64,000 bases of DNA from the human T2T-CHM13v2.0 reference genome, Homo sapiens, in the NCBI RefSeq assembly GCF_009914755.1, contig NC_060940.1. One strand, 5' to 3'. Positions 30,001-44,900 of the stretch are shown piece by piece (the first letter of the stretch is position 1; every line of letters begins with the position of its first letter). The position numbers were made by a program, and so were the translations under genes. The notes under the pieces were generated by a model. It had not been told where the DNA came from, made no database searches, and saw nothing but the letters and a program-made list of their open reading frames with translations.

Positions 30001-33000
30001 GTCCATTCGATGATTCCATTAGAGTACATTTAATGATTGCTTTGTTTTCAATTCGAAGATGATTACATTGGATTCCATTCTATGATTCCATTCGATTGCA
30101 TTCATTGATGATTCCACCCAATTCCATTCGATGATGATTCCATTCGATTTCAATGATTCTACTCGATTCCATTCAATGATGATTCAATTCTATTCCGTTT
30201 GATGATTCCATTAGATTCCATTCTATGATGATTCCATTCGAGTCCATTCGAAGATTTCATTCGTTTACATTCCATGACGATTCCATTCGAGTCCATTCGA
30301 TGATTCCATTTGAATCCATTCGACGATGATTCCATTTGATGCTATTCGATGATTCCATTGGATTCCATTCGATGATGATTCCATTCGACTTGATTTGATG
30401 TTTCTATTTGAGTCCATTCGGTTATTTTATTAGACTACATTCGATGATGATTCCATTCGATGCCATTCAATGATTCCATTTGATTCCACTCAATGATGAT
30501 TGCATTCGTGTCCATTCGATGATTCCATTTGGTTCCATTTGATGATGATTCCATTCGAGTCCATTCGATGATACCATTCAATTCCATTCGATGATCATTC
30601 CATTCGAATCCATTTGATGATTCCACTCAATTCCATTTGATGACTCCTTTCATTCCCATTCGATGATTCCCTTCAGTTCCAATTGGATGATCTTTCCATT
30701 TGATTCAATATGGTGACTCCATTCTATTATATTCAATGATGATTCCATTCGACTCCATTAGATGATGACTCCATTCCATTCCATTCGATTGTGATTTCAT
30801 TCGATTCCATTCGAAGATGATTCCATTCGAGTCCATTTGATGATTCCATTCGATTCCATTCAATGATGATTCCACTCAAATCCATTGGATGATTCCATTC
30901 GTTTCCAATTGGTGATTTCATTAGATTCCATTCGAGGATGATTCTATTCGAGTCCATTCAATGATTCCATTGGATTCCGTTTGATAATGATTCCATTAGA
31001 GTTCATTCGATGATTCCCTTCGAGTCCATTCGATTATTTCTTTTGATTCCATTTGATGATGATTCCATTCGATTCCATTCAATGATTCCATTCCATTCCA
31101 TTCGATGATGATTCCATTCGATAATGATTACATTCGAGCCCATGTGATGATTCCATTAGATTCTATTCAATGATGATTCCATTCGACCACATTCGATGAT
31201 GGCATTCGAGTCCATTCGATGATTTCACTCGATTCCACTTGATGATGATTCCTTTTGAGTCCATTTGATGATTACATTCGAGTCCATGAGATGACTCCAT
31301 TCGATTCCATTTCATGATGATGCAATTCGAGGCTATTCGATCATCCCATTTTAGTGCATTCGGTGATTCTCTTTTATTACATTCGATGAGGGCTCCATTC
31401 GAGTCCATTCAATGATTCCATTAGATTCCACTCGATGATGATTCCATTTGAGTCCATTCAAAGATTCCTTTCGAGTCCATTCGATAATTCTATTGGATTC
31501 CACTAGGTGATGATTCCTTTCGAGTCAATTCGATGATTCCTTTCAAGTGCCTTCAATGATTCCATTCGATTCCATTCGATGACGATTCATTTCAAGTCCA
31601 TTCAATGGTTCCATTCTGTTGAATTTGATGGTTCCATTTGATTCCATTCGATGATGATTCCATTCGTGTCCATTGGATGATTCCATTCGATTCCTTTCGA
31701 GGAAGATTCCATTCGACTCCATTCGATGATTCCGTTCGATTCCATTCCATGATGATTCCATTTGATTCCATTCCATGATTCCATTCGATACCATTCGATG
31801 ATGATTCCATTCGACTCCATTTGATGAATCCATTCAATGCTTCCATTCGAGTCCATTCGATGATTCCATTCGATTCCATTCCATGAAGATTCCATTCGAG
31901 TACATTTGATGATTCCATTTAATTCCATAGGATGATGATTCTATTAGGGTCCGTTGACTATTCCATTCAATTCCATTCGAAGATTCCATTCGAGTCCACT
32001 CGATGATTCTATTTGATTCCATTTGATAATTCCATTCGATTCCATTTGATGTTGATTCCATTCGAGTCCATTCGATCATTATTACATTTGATTCTATTCG
32101 ATGATTCCATTCGATTCCATTTGATGAGGATTCCATTCGAGACCATTTGATGATTCCATTCAATTCCATTGGATGATTCCAATATTTTCCATTAGATGAT
32201 GATTCCATTCGATTCCATTCAATGATGATTCCATCAGAATCCATTCGATGATGACTCCTTTTGCTTCCATTCAATGATCATTACATTCGGTTCCATTCGA
32301 TGATGATTCCTTTGGATTCCATTCGATGATGCTTCCATTCGATTCCATTTGATGATGATTCTTTTCGATTCCATTTGATGATGATTCCATTTGATTCCAT
32401 TCGATGGTGATTCCATTTGATGATTCCATTCGATTGTATTCGATGATGATTCCACTCGATTCTATTTGATGATGACTGCATTCGATTCCATTTGATGATT
32501 CCATTTGATTCCATTCGATGATGATTCTGATCAATTGCATTCGATGATCCATTCGATTCCATTTGATGGTTCCATTTGATTCCATTTGATAATGATTCCT
32601 TTCGAGTCCATTCGATGATTCCATTTGCGGATATTCGATAATTCCATTTGAGTCCAACCGATGATTCCATTCGAGGCCATTCAATCATTCTTTTTGAGTC
32701 CTTTCGATAAAGATTCCATTTTAGTCCATTCAATAATTCCACTGGAGTCCATTCGATGATTGCTTTTAATTCCATTCGATGATATTCCATTCGAGTCCAT
32801 TCGATGATTCCATTCGTTGCTATTAGATGATGATTCCATTCATGACCATTTGGTGATTCCATTCGATTTCATTCGTTGATGATTCCATTCGAGTCCATTC
32901 CATGATTCCATTCAAGTCCATTTGATGATTTCTTTGAATTCAATTCGATGATGATTCCATTCGAGTCCATTCGATGATTCCATTCAGTTCCATTCGATGA

Positions 33001-35916
33001 TGATTCCTTTCGAGACCATATGATGATTCCATTTGATTTCATTCGATGATGATTCCATTCGATTCCATTCGATGATTCCATTCTATTCCATTCGATGATG
33101 ATTCCATTCGAGTCCATTTAATGATTCCATTGGGTTCAATTCAATGATGATTACATTGGATTCTCTTCTATGATACCATTCAATTCCGTTCATTGACAAT
33201 TTGATTCCATTCGATGATGATTCCATTTGAGTTCATTCGATGATTCTATTCGATTCTCTTCGATGGTGATTCAATTCTATTATATTGGATGATTCCATTC
33301 GATTCCATTTGATGTTGATTCAATTCGATTCTATTCGATGATGATTCCATTGGATTTCATTTGATGATTCTATTCGATTCCATTCAATGATGATTCACTT
33401 CTCGTCCATTGGATGATTCCATTTCATTCCATTCGATGATGATTCCATTCGATTCCATTCGATGATTCCATTTGATTCCATTCGACGGTGAGCAATTCGA
33501 TTCAATTCCATGATGATTCTATTTGATTCAGTTAGATGATGTTTCCATTCGAATCCATTCCATGATTATTCCATTGGAATCCATTCGGCGATGATTCCAT
33601 ATGAGTCAATTCAATGATGCTTCCATATGGGTCAGTTCGATGATAATTCCATTTGATTTCATTCGATGCTTCTATTCAATTCCAGTCGATGATGATTCCG
33701 TTGGAGTCCATACGATGACTCCATTTGATTTCATTTGATGATGATTCCATTCGATTCCATTCGATGACTCCATTCTGTTCCATTCGATGATGATTCCATT
33801 CGAGTCCATTCGATGATTCCATTCGAGTCCATTTCATGATTCCATTGGGTTCAATTCGATGATGATTACACTGGATTCCATTCTATGATTCCATTCAATT
33901 CCATTCGTTGATGATTCGATTCCATTCAATGATGATTCCATTTGAGTTCATTCGATGATTCTATTCGATTCCGTTCGATGGTGATTCAATTCTATTATAT
34001 TGGATGATTCCATTCGATTCCATTTGATGATGATTCCATTCGATTCCATTCGATGATGATTCCATTTGATTCCATTTGATGTTGATTCTATTCGATTCTA
34101 TTCAATGATGATTCCATTCGATTTCATTTGATGATTCTATTCGATTCCTTTCGATGATTCTATTCCATTCCATTCGATGATGATTCAATTCTCTTCCATT
34201 GGATGATTCCATTTTATTCCATTCGACGATGACTCCATTTGATTCCATTCAATGATGATTCCATTCGATTCCATTCGGTGATTCCATTTGATTCCATTCG
34301 ACGGTGAGCAATTTGATTCAATTCCATAATGATTCTATTTGATTCAATTAGATGATGTTTCCATTCGAATCCATTCGGTGATGATTCCATTGGTATCCAT
34401 TCGACGATGATTCCATATGAGTCAATTCGATGATGATTCCATACGAGTCCGTTGGATGATAATTCCATTTGATTTCATTCATTCCTTCTATTCGATTCCA
34501 CTTGATGATGATTCCATCTGAATCCATTCTCCGATTCCATTCGATTTCATTCGATGCTTCTATTTGATTTCATTCGAAGATGATTCCTTTCAATTCCGTT
34601 CATTAATTCCATTTGATTCCATTCGATGATGATTCCATCCGATTCCATTGGATGATGATTCCATTCGAGTCCATTCGATGATTCCGTTCTAATCCATTCT
34701 ATGATTCCATTCGAGTCCATTCGATGATTCCATTCGATTCCATTCAGTGATGATTCCATTTGATTCCATCTGATGATGATTTCATTTGATTCCATTCGAT
34801 GATGATTCCATTGGAGTCCATTGAATGATTCAATTCAATTCCATTCCATGTGGATTCCATTCGAATTCATTCGATTATTCCATTCAAATCCCTTCGTTGA
34901 TTCCATCTGATTCCACTTGACGATGATTCCATTCAAGTCCAATCGATGATTCCATTCGGTTCCATTCAATGATTCCATTCGAGTCCATTTATGTATTATA
35001 TTCGTGTCCACTTGATGACTCACTCCATTCAATTCCATTTAATGATGATTCCATTTGATTCCATTTGATGATTCAGTTCGATTCCTTACAATGATTCCCT
35101 ACGATTCCTTTCTATGATGATTCCATTCGATTCCATTCATTGATGATTCCATTCGACTCCATTCGATGATGATTCCTTTCGATTCCATTTGACGATGTTT
35201 CCATTTGAGTCCATTCGATGATGATTCAATTCAGTTCTGTTCTATTGTGAATCCATTCGATTTCATTCAATGCTTCTATTTGATTCCATTCGACGATGAT
35301 TCCATCTCTTTCCCTTCGATGATTCCATTTGATTCCATTCAGTGATGATTCCATTTGATTCCATCTGATGATGATTTCACTTGATTCATTTCAATGATGA
35401 TTCCATTCAAGTCCATTCGATGATTCCATTGGAGTCCAAACGATCATTCCATTCGATTCCATTCAATGATGATTCCATTCATGTCCATTCAATGATTCCT
35501 TTCAATTCCATTCGATGATGACTCCATTCGAGTACATTCGATGATTCCATTTGATTCCATTTGATGATGATTACATTCAATTCCATTCGAAGATGATTCC
35601 ATTCAATTCCACTTGATGATGATTCCGTATGAATCCATTCGCTGATTATTCCATTCGATTCCATTCATTGACGATTCCATTCGATTCCATTCAATGATGA
35701 TTCTCTTCTATTGCATTCGATGATTCCGTTCGATTCCATTCGATGATGATTCCATTAGATTCCATTCGATTGTTGCATTCGATTCCCTTCGATGATGATT
35801 CCTTTGAATTCCATTCGATTATGATTCCGTATGAATCCATTTGATGATTATTCCATTGGATTCCTTTCGATGATGATTCCATTCGATTCCATTTGATGAT
35901 GTTTCTCATGTATTCC
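24093..35916 (+). repeat. Higher-order unit U3 (reference 11,824-bp unit)
   Basis: Landmark ORFs 24619>36443 and GTCGAC 25056>36880 both give 11824. It has a single copy of the 840-bp block. Confidence 0.94.
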
Positions 35917-38900
35917 ATTTGATAATTCCTTTCAATTCCCTTCGATGATGATTCTTTCGAGTCAATTCGATGATTCTATTCCATTCCCTTCGATGATGAT
36001 TCCATTTCACTCCATTCGATGATTCCATTCGATTCAATTTGGTGATGATTCAATTCGATGACATTCGATGACTCCATTCAATTTCATTTGATGATGATTA
36101 CATTCGAGTCCATTTGATGATTGTATTCCTTTCCTTTTGATGATTATTCCATTCGTGTCTATTCAAAGATTCCATTCTATTCCATTCAATGATGATTCCA
36201 ATTGATTCCATTCAATGATTATGGCTATCGATTCCACTCGTTGATTCCATTTGATTCCATTCGATGATTATTCCGTTAGATTCCATTAGGAGATTCCATT
36301 CGATTTTATTCAATGATTCCAATTGATTCCATTCAATGATGATTCCATTCCACTCCGTTCAGTGATTCCATTTGAGTCCATTTGAGGATTCCATTCGAGT
36401 CCATTTGATGATTCCATTCTTTTCCATTTGATGATGATTCCATTAGGGTCCATTCAATGATTCCATTCGAGTCCATTCGTTAATGCCTTTCGAGTCCTTT
36501 TGATCACTACATTCGAGTCCATTCAATGATTCTATTCGATTCCATTCCATGATGATTCCATTCGAGTTCATTCGATGATTGCATTCGAGTCCATTTGATG
36601 ATTCCATATGATTCCATTCGACAATGATTCCATTCGTGTCCATTTGATGATTCCATTCATTTCCTATCGATGAAGATTCCATTCGAGTGTATTCGATGAT
36701 TCCATTCAAATCCATTCGATGATGATTCCATTCCAGTCCATTCGATCATTCCACTTGATTCCATTTGATGACTATTCCATTCAAATCCATTTGATGATTC
36801 CATTCGATTCCATTCGATGTTACCATTCCAGTATATACGATGATTCCACTCGATTCCATTTGATGATTATTCCATTGGAGTCGACTTAGTGAATCCTTTA
36901 GATTCTACTCGAAGATGATTCCATTCGAGTCCATTCGATGATACCATTCAATTCCATTCGTTGATGCTTCCATTCAAGTGCATTCGATGATATCATTCGA
37001 TTCCATTTGATGATAATTCCATTTGATTCCATGTGATGATTCTATTCCATTCCATTCAATGATAATTCCATTCAATTCAGTGATTCCTCTGGACTCCATT
37101 TGATGATGATTCCATTCAATGATTCCATTCGATTCTATTCGAAAATGATTCCATTTGAATCCATTTGATGATGATTCCATTCGATTCCATTTGATGATTC
37201 CATTCGATTCCATTCGACGATGATTCCATTCGATTCCATTTGATGATTCCATTCTATTCTATTCGATGATGATTCCATTCGATTCCATTCGATGATGATT
37301 GGATTCGATTCCATTTGATGATTTCATTTGATTCCATTCGATGATGATTTCGATCAATTCCATTCGATGATTCCATTCGATTCCATTTGATAATGATTAC
37401 ATCCGAGTCCATTCGATGATTCCATTTGAGCCCGTTCGATAATTCCATTTGAGTCCAATCAATGATTCCATTCATTTCCATTCAATGATTCCATTCGAGT
37501 CCATTTGATCATTCCGGTAGGGTCCGTTCGATGTTGATTCCATTGGAGTGCATTCGATGATTCCATTCGAGTCCATTTTAGGATTTGATTCGAGTCCTTT
37601 CGATGATTCCATTCGATTCCACTCGATGCGATGATGATTTCATTCGAGTCCATTCGACACTTCCAATCGATTCCATTTGATGTTTCCATTCGAGTCCAAT
37701 TGATGATTCCATTCAATTCCATTCGATGATGATTCCGTAGGATTCCATTCTGTGATGATTCCATGTGATTGCATTCAATGATGATTCCTTTCGATTGCAT
37801 TCGATTATGATTCATTTCGTGTTCATTCTATGGTTCCACAGGTTTCACATCGTGTCCATTCCATTATTCCATTCTATTCCATTTGATGATGATTCCATTC
37901 GATTCCATTCATTGGTGATTCCACTCAATTCCATTCAATGATTCCATTCCATTTCTTTCAACAATGATTCCATTAGTTTCTATTCGATGATCCACTTGAT
38001 TCCACTTGACGACGATTCCATTCGTGTCCATTCAATGATTCCATTTGATTCCATATGATGATGATTCCATTCGATTCCATACGATGATGATTCCATTCGA
38101 GTCCATTCAATGGTGATTCCATTCAATTCCATTCGGTGATTCCTTTCGATTCCATTCGATGATGATGGCATTCGATTCCTTTCAATCATTCCCTTTGATT
38201 CCACTCAAAGTTGATTTCATTCAAGTCCATTCGATAATTGCATTCGATTCCATTCTATGATGATTCCATTCGAGTCCATTTGATGATTCCATTCAATTCA
38301 AGTCAATGATGTTTCCATTCGATTCCATTCGATGATTCCATTGGATTCCATTCGATGATGATTCCATTCAAATCCATTCGATAATTCAATTCAAGTCCAT
38401 TCGATGATGATTAAAATCGAATCCATTCAAAGATTCCATTCAGTTCTATTCGATGATTCCCTTAGATTCCATTCGATGATTCCACTTGATTGCATTTACG
38501 ATGATTCCATTCGATTCCATGTGATGATTCCATTCAATTCTATTCAATGATGTTTCCATTTGATTCCATTCGACCATGATTGCCTTTGATTCCATTCAAT
38601 GACTCCATTCGGTTCCTTTTGATGATGATTCCGTTCGATTCCATTTCATTATTCCATTTGATTCCATTGGATGAGTCCATTCGATTACATTCGATGATTA
38701 TTCCATTCGAGTGCATTAGATGATTCCATTCGAGTCCATTCGATGATTCCATTCGATTCCATTCGATGTTGATTCTGTTCAAATCCATTCGATGATTCCA
38801 CTCGATTCCATTCGATGACTCCAGTTGATCCCATTCGATGATTTCCTTTGATTCCCTTTGATGATCATTCCATTTGATTCAATTCGGTGATTTCATTTGA

Positions 38901-41900
38901 TTCCATTCAGTGATGTTTCCATTCGACTCCATTCGATGATGATTCCATTCGACTCCATTCGATTATGATTTCATTCAATTCCATTCGATAATGATTCCCT
39001 TCGAGTCCATTCGATGATTCCATTCGATTCCATTCAACGATGATTTGATTCGTGTCCATTCGATGATTCCATTTGATTCCACTTGATGATGATTCCATTC
39101 GAGTCCATTTGATGATTCCATTCAATTCCATTCTCCGATGATTTCTTTTGAGCCCATTCAATGCTTCCACTCGATTCCATATGATGATGACTCCATTCGA
39201 TGAAATTCGATGATGATTCCATTCGCTTGCATTCGATGATGATTCCACTTGAGTCCATTAGAAGATTCTATTCAATTACATTCCATGACGATTCCGTTCG
39301 AGTCCATTTGATGATTCCATTAGACTCCATTCGACGATGATTCCATTCGATGTTATTCGATGATTCCATTCGATCTCATTCGATGATGATTCCATTCAAC
39401 TCCATTCGATGTTTCCATTCGAGTTCATTCTATTATTCCATTAGATTCCATTCGATGATGATTCCATTCGATTCCATTTGATGATTGCATTCTATTTCAT
39501 TTGATGATGATTCCATTCGAGTCCACTCGATGATTCCATTCGAGTCCATTTAATGAATCCATTGGTTTCAATTCTATGATGATTACATTGGATTCCATTC
39601 GTTGATGATTTCATTCGGTTCCATTCAATGATGATTCAATTCAATTCCTTTCAATGTTTCCATTCAATTCCATACGATGATTATTCCATTTGATTTGATT
39701 CGACAGTGAGCCATTCGATTCAATTCCATGATGATTCTATTTGATTCCATTGGTTGACATTTCCATTCGATTCCATTCGATGATGATTCCCTTTGATTCC
39801 ATTCAAAGATGATTCCATTCTAGCCCATTCAATCATTCCATTCGATTCTATTCAATGATGATTCCATTCATGTCGATTTGGTGATTCCATTTGACTTCAT
39901 TTGATGATGATTCCTTTCAAGTTCATTAGATGATTCCATTCGATTCCATTTGATGATGATCCCATTCGAGTCCATTCAGTGATTCCACTCGTTTCCATTC
40001 CATGATGATTCCATTCCATTCCATGCAATGATTGCATTCGATTCCGTTTGATGATGATTTCATTCGAGTCCATTTGATGATTCCATTTGATTCCATTCGA
40101 TGATGATTCCATTCGAGTCCATTCGATGATTCTATTCGAATCCATTTGATGATTTCTTTTGATTATAGTTGGTGATGATTCCATTGGAGTCCATTCAATG
40201 ATTCCATTCGATTCCAATCGATGGTGATTCCATTAGAGTCCATTTAATGATTCCATTTGATTCCAGTCTCTGATGATTACATTTGAGTCCATACGATGAT
40301 TCCACTCAATTCCATATGATGATGATTCCATTCGATTCCATTCGATGTTTCCATTCTATTCTATTCAATGGTGATTCCATTCGAGTACATTAGATGATTC
40401 CATTCGATTCCATTCAATGATGATTCTATTTGTGTCCCTTAGATGATTCCACATGATTCCATTAGATGATGATACTATTTGAGCCCATCCAATGATTCCC
40501 TTCGATTCCATTCGATGAGGATTCCATTCGATTCAATTCATTGGTGATTCTATTCAATTCAATTCTTTGATTCCATTCCATTCCATTCGACAATGATTCC
40601 ATTCGATTTCTTTCGATGATTCCACTCGATTCCACTTGACATTGATTCCCTTCGATTCCATTCAATGATTCCATTTGATTCCAGTGGATGATGATTGCCA
40701 TCGATTCCATTTGATCACTCCATTCTATTCCACTTGATGATGATTACATTCGATTCCATTTGACGATTCCATCTGATTCTATTCGAGGATTCCATTTGAT
40801 TCCATTCGATGATGATTCCATTCGAGTCCATTCGATGATATCATTCGAGTACATCCAATGATTCCATTCGAGTCCATTTGATGATTCCATTTGATTCCAT
40901 TTGATAATGATTCTACTAGAGTCCATTCAATGACTCCATTGGAGTCCATTCAACAATTCCATTCGACTCCATTTGATGATTCCATTGGATTCCATTTGAT
41001 GATTCCATTCGAGTCCATTTAATCATTACAGTCGAGTCCATTTGGTGATTCCACCGGATTTCTTTTGATAATGATACCATTCAATTACATTTGATGATGA
41101 TCCCATTCAATTTCATTTGATGATGATTCCATTAGAGTCCATTCGATGATTTCATTCGAGTCCCTTCATTGATTCCATCCGATTTCATTGGATGATGACT
41201 CCATTCGAGTCCATTCGATGATTCCACTCGATTCCATTAGATGATTCCATTGGAGTCCATTTGATTGTTCCATTCGATTCCATTCGATTCCTTTCGAAGA
41301 TTATTCCATTTGAGTCCATTCGATGATGATTCCATTCCATTCCATTCGATGATTCCGTTTGATTCCATTCGATGATTCCCTTCGATTCCTTTCTTTGATG
41401 ATTCCATTCCATTCCATTCAATGATTCCATTCGAATCTATTCCATGATGATTCCTTTCGATTCCATTCGCTGATGTTTCCGTTCAATTCCATTCGATGAT
41501 GATTCCATTCGATTCCATTCATTGAGGATTCCATTTGATTCCATTCAATGATGATTCCGTTCTATTCTATTCAATGATTGCATTCAATTCCATTCAGTGA
41601 TTATCCCCTTAGAGTAAACTCAACGATTCCATTCAATACCATTCGATGATGATTCCTTTTGAGTCCATTCAATGATTTCATTCAAGTCCATTTGATGATT
41701 CCTTTCAATTCCATTCTATGATGATTCCATTCGAGTCCATTCGATGATTCCATTCGATTGCATTCGATTATTCCATTATATTCCAGTCAACAATGAATCC
41801 ATTCGAGTCCATTCGATGATTCCATTAGAGTACATTTAATGATTGCTTTGTTTTCAATTCGAAGATGACTACATTGGATTCCATTCTATGATACCATTCG

Positions 41901-44900
41901 ATTCCATTCAATGATGATTCCACTCAAATCCATTGGATGATTCCATTCGTGTCCATTCGGTGATTTCCTTAGATTCCATTCGAGGATGATTCCATTCGAT
42001 TCCATTCGATGATTCCATTCAATTCCATTCGAGGATGATTCCATTCCAGTCCATATGATCATTCCATTTGATTTCATTCGATGATGATTCCATTCGATTC
42101 CATTCGATGATTCCATTCTATTCCATTCGATGATGATTCCATTCGAGTCCATTCGATGATTCCATTCGAGTCCATTTAATGATTCCATTGGGTTCAATTC
42201 AATGATGATTACATTGGATTCCGTTCTATGATTCCATTCAATTCCGTTCATTGACAATTTGATTCCATTCGATGATGATTCCATTTGAGTTCATTCGATG
42301 ATTCTATTCGATTCTCTTCGATGGTGATTCAATTCTATTATATTGGATGATTCCATTCGATTCCATTTGATGTTGATTCAATTCGATTCTATTCGATGAT
42401 GATTCCATTGGATTTCACTTGATGATTCTATTCGATTCCATTCAATGATGATTCACTTCTCGTCCATTGGATGATTCCATTTCATTCCATTCGATGATGA
42501 TTCCATTCGATTCCATTCGATGATTCCATTTGATTCCATGCGTCGGTGAGCAATTCGATTCAATTCCATGATGATTCTATTTGATTCAATTAGATGATGT
42601 TTCCATTCGAATCCATTCCATGATTATTCCATTGGAATCCATTCGGCGATGATTCCATATGAGTCAATTCAATGATGATTCCATATGGGTCCGTTCGATG
42701 ATAATTCCATTTGATTTCATTCGGTGCTTCTATTCAATTCCAGTCGATGATGATTCCGTTGGAGTCCATACGATGATTCCATTTGATTTCATTTGATGAT
42801 GATTCCATTCGATGATGATTACATTGGATTCCATTCTATGATTCCATTCAATTCCATTCGTTGATGATTCGATTCCATTCAATGATGATTCCATTTGAGT
42901 TCATTCGATGATTCTATTTGATTCCGTTCGATGGTGATTCAATTCTCTTATATTGGATGATTCCACTCGATTCCATTTGATGATTATTCCATTGCAGTCC
43001 ACTTAGGGAATCCTTCAGATTCTTCTCGAAGATGAATCCATTCAAGTCCATTCAATCATACCATTCAATTTCATTCGTTGATGCTTCCATTCAAGTGCAT
43101 TCGATGATATCATTCGATTCCATTTGATGATAATTCCATTTGATTCCATGCGATGATTCTATTCGATTCCATTCAATGATAATTCCATTCAGTTCAGTGA
43201 TTCCTCTGAACTCCATTTGATGATGATTCCATTCAATGATTCCATTCGATTCTATTCCAAAATGATTCCATTTGAATCCATTTGATGATGATTCCATTAG
43301 ATTCCATTTGATGATTCCATTCGATTCCATGCGACGATGATTCCATTCAATTCCATGTGATGATTCCATTCTATTCTATTCGATGATGATTCCATTCGAT
43401 TCCATTCGATGATGATTGGATTCGATTCCATTTGATGATTTCATTTGATTCCATTCGTTAATGATTTCGATCAATTCCATTCGATGATTCCATTCGATTC
43501 CATTCGATAATGATTACATCCGTGTCCATTCAATGATTCCATTTGAGCCTGTTCGATAATTCCATTTGAGTCCAACCAATGATTCCATTCATTTCCCTTC
43601 AATGATTCCATTCGAGTCCATTTGATCATTCCGGTAGGGTCCATTCGATGTTGATTCCATTGGAGTGCATTCGATGATTCCATTCGAGTCTATTTTATGA
43701 TTTGATTCGAGTCCTTTCGATGATTCCATTCGATTCCACTCGATGATGATTTCATTCGAGTCCATTCGACACTTCCAATCGATTCCATTTGATGTTTCCA
43801 TTCGAGTCCAATTGATGATTCCATTCAATTCCATTCGATGATGATTCCGTACGATTCCATTCTGTGATGATTCCATGTGATTGCATTCAATGATGATTCC
43901 TTTAGATTGCATTCGATTGTGATTCATTTCGTCTTCATTCTATGGTTCCACTGGTTTCCATTCGTGTCCATTCCATTATTCCATTCTATTCCATTTGATG
44001 ATGATTCCATTCGATTCCATTCATTGGTGATTCCACTCAATTCCATTCAATGATTCCATTCCATTTCTTTCAACAATGATTCCATTACTTTCTAATCGAT
44101 GATCCACTTGATTCCATTTGACGACGATTCCATTCTTGTCCATTCGATGATTCCATTTGATTCCATATGATGATGATTCCATTCGATTCCATACCATGAT
44201 GATTCCATTCGAGTCCATTCAATGGTGATTCCATTCAATTCCATTCGATGATTCCTTTTGATTCCATTCGATGATGATGGCATTCGATTCCTTTCAATCA
44301 TACCCTTTGATTCCATTCAAAGGTGATTTCATTCAAGTCCATTCGATAATTGCATTCGATTCCATTCTATGATGATTCCATTCGAGTCCATTTGATGATT
44401 CCATTCAATTCAAGTCAATGATGATTCCATTCGATTCCATTCGATGATTCCATTGGATTCCATTCGATGATGATTCCATTCAAATCCATTCGATAATTCA
44501 ATTCAAGTCCATTCGATGATGATTAAAATCGAATCCATTCAAAGATTCCATTCAGTTCCATTCGATGATTCCCTTAGATTCCATTCGATGATTCCACTTG
44601 ATTTCATTTACGATGATTCCATTTGATTCCATGTGATGATTCCATTCAATTCTATTCAATGCTGTTTCCATTTGATTCCATTCGACCATGATTGCCTTTG
44701 ATTCCATTCAATGACTCCATTCGGTTCCTTTTGATGATGATTCCGTTCGATTCCATTTCATTATTCCATTTGATTCCATTGGATGAGTCCATTCGATTAC
44801 ATTCGATGATTATTCCATTCGAGTGCATAAGATGATTCCATTCGAGTCCATTCGATGATTCCATTCGATTCCATTCGATGTTGATTCTGTTCAAATCCAT

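Noticed and set aside
24093-35916. 11,824-bp unit as a simple dimer of a ~5.9- or 6.1-kb unit
   Set aside because: Landmarks such as GTCGAC, CCGGTAGGG and GCGGATA occur once per unit and do not recur at half-period. The relation to 6112 is by four separate blocks instead.
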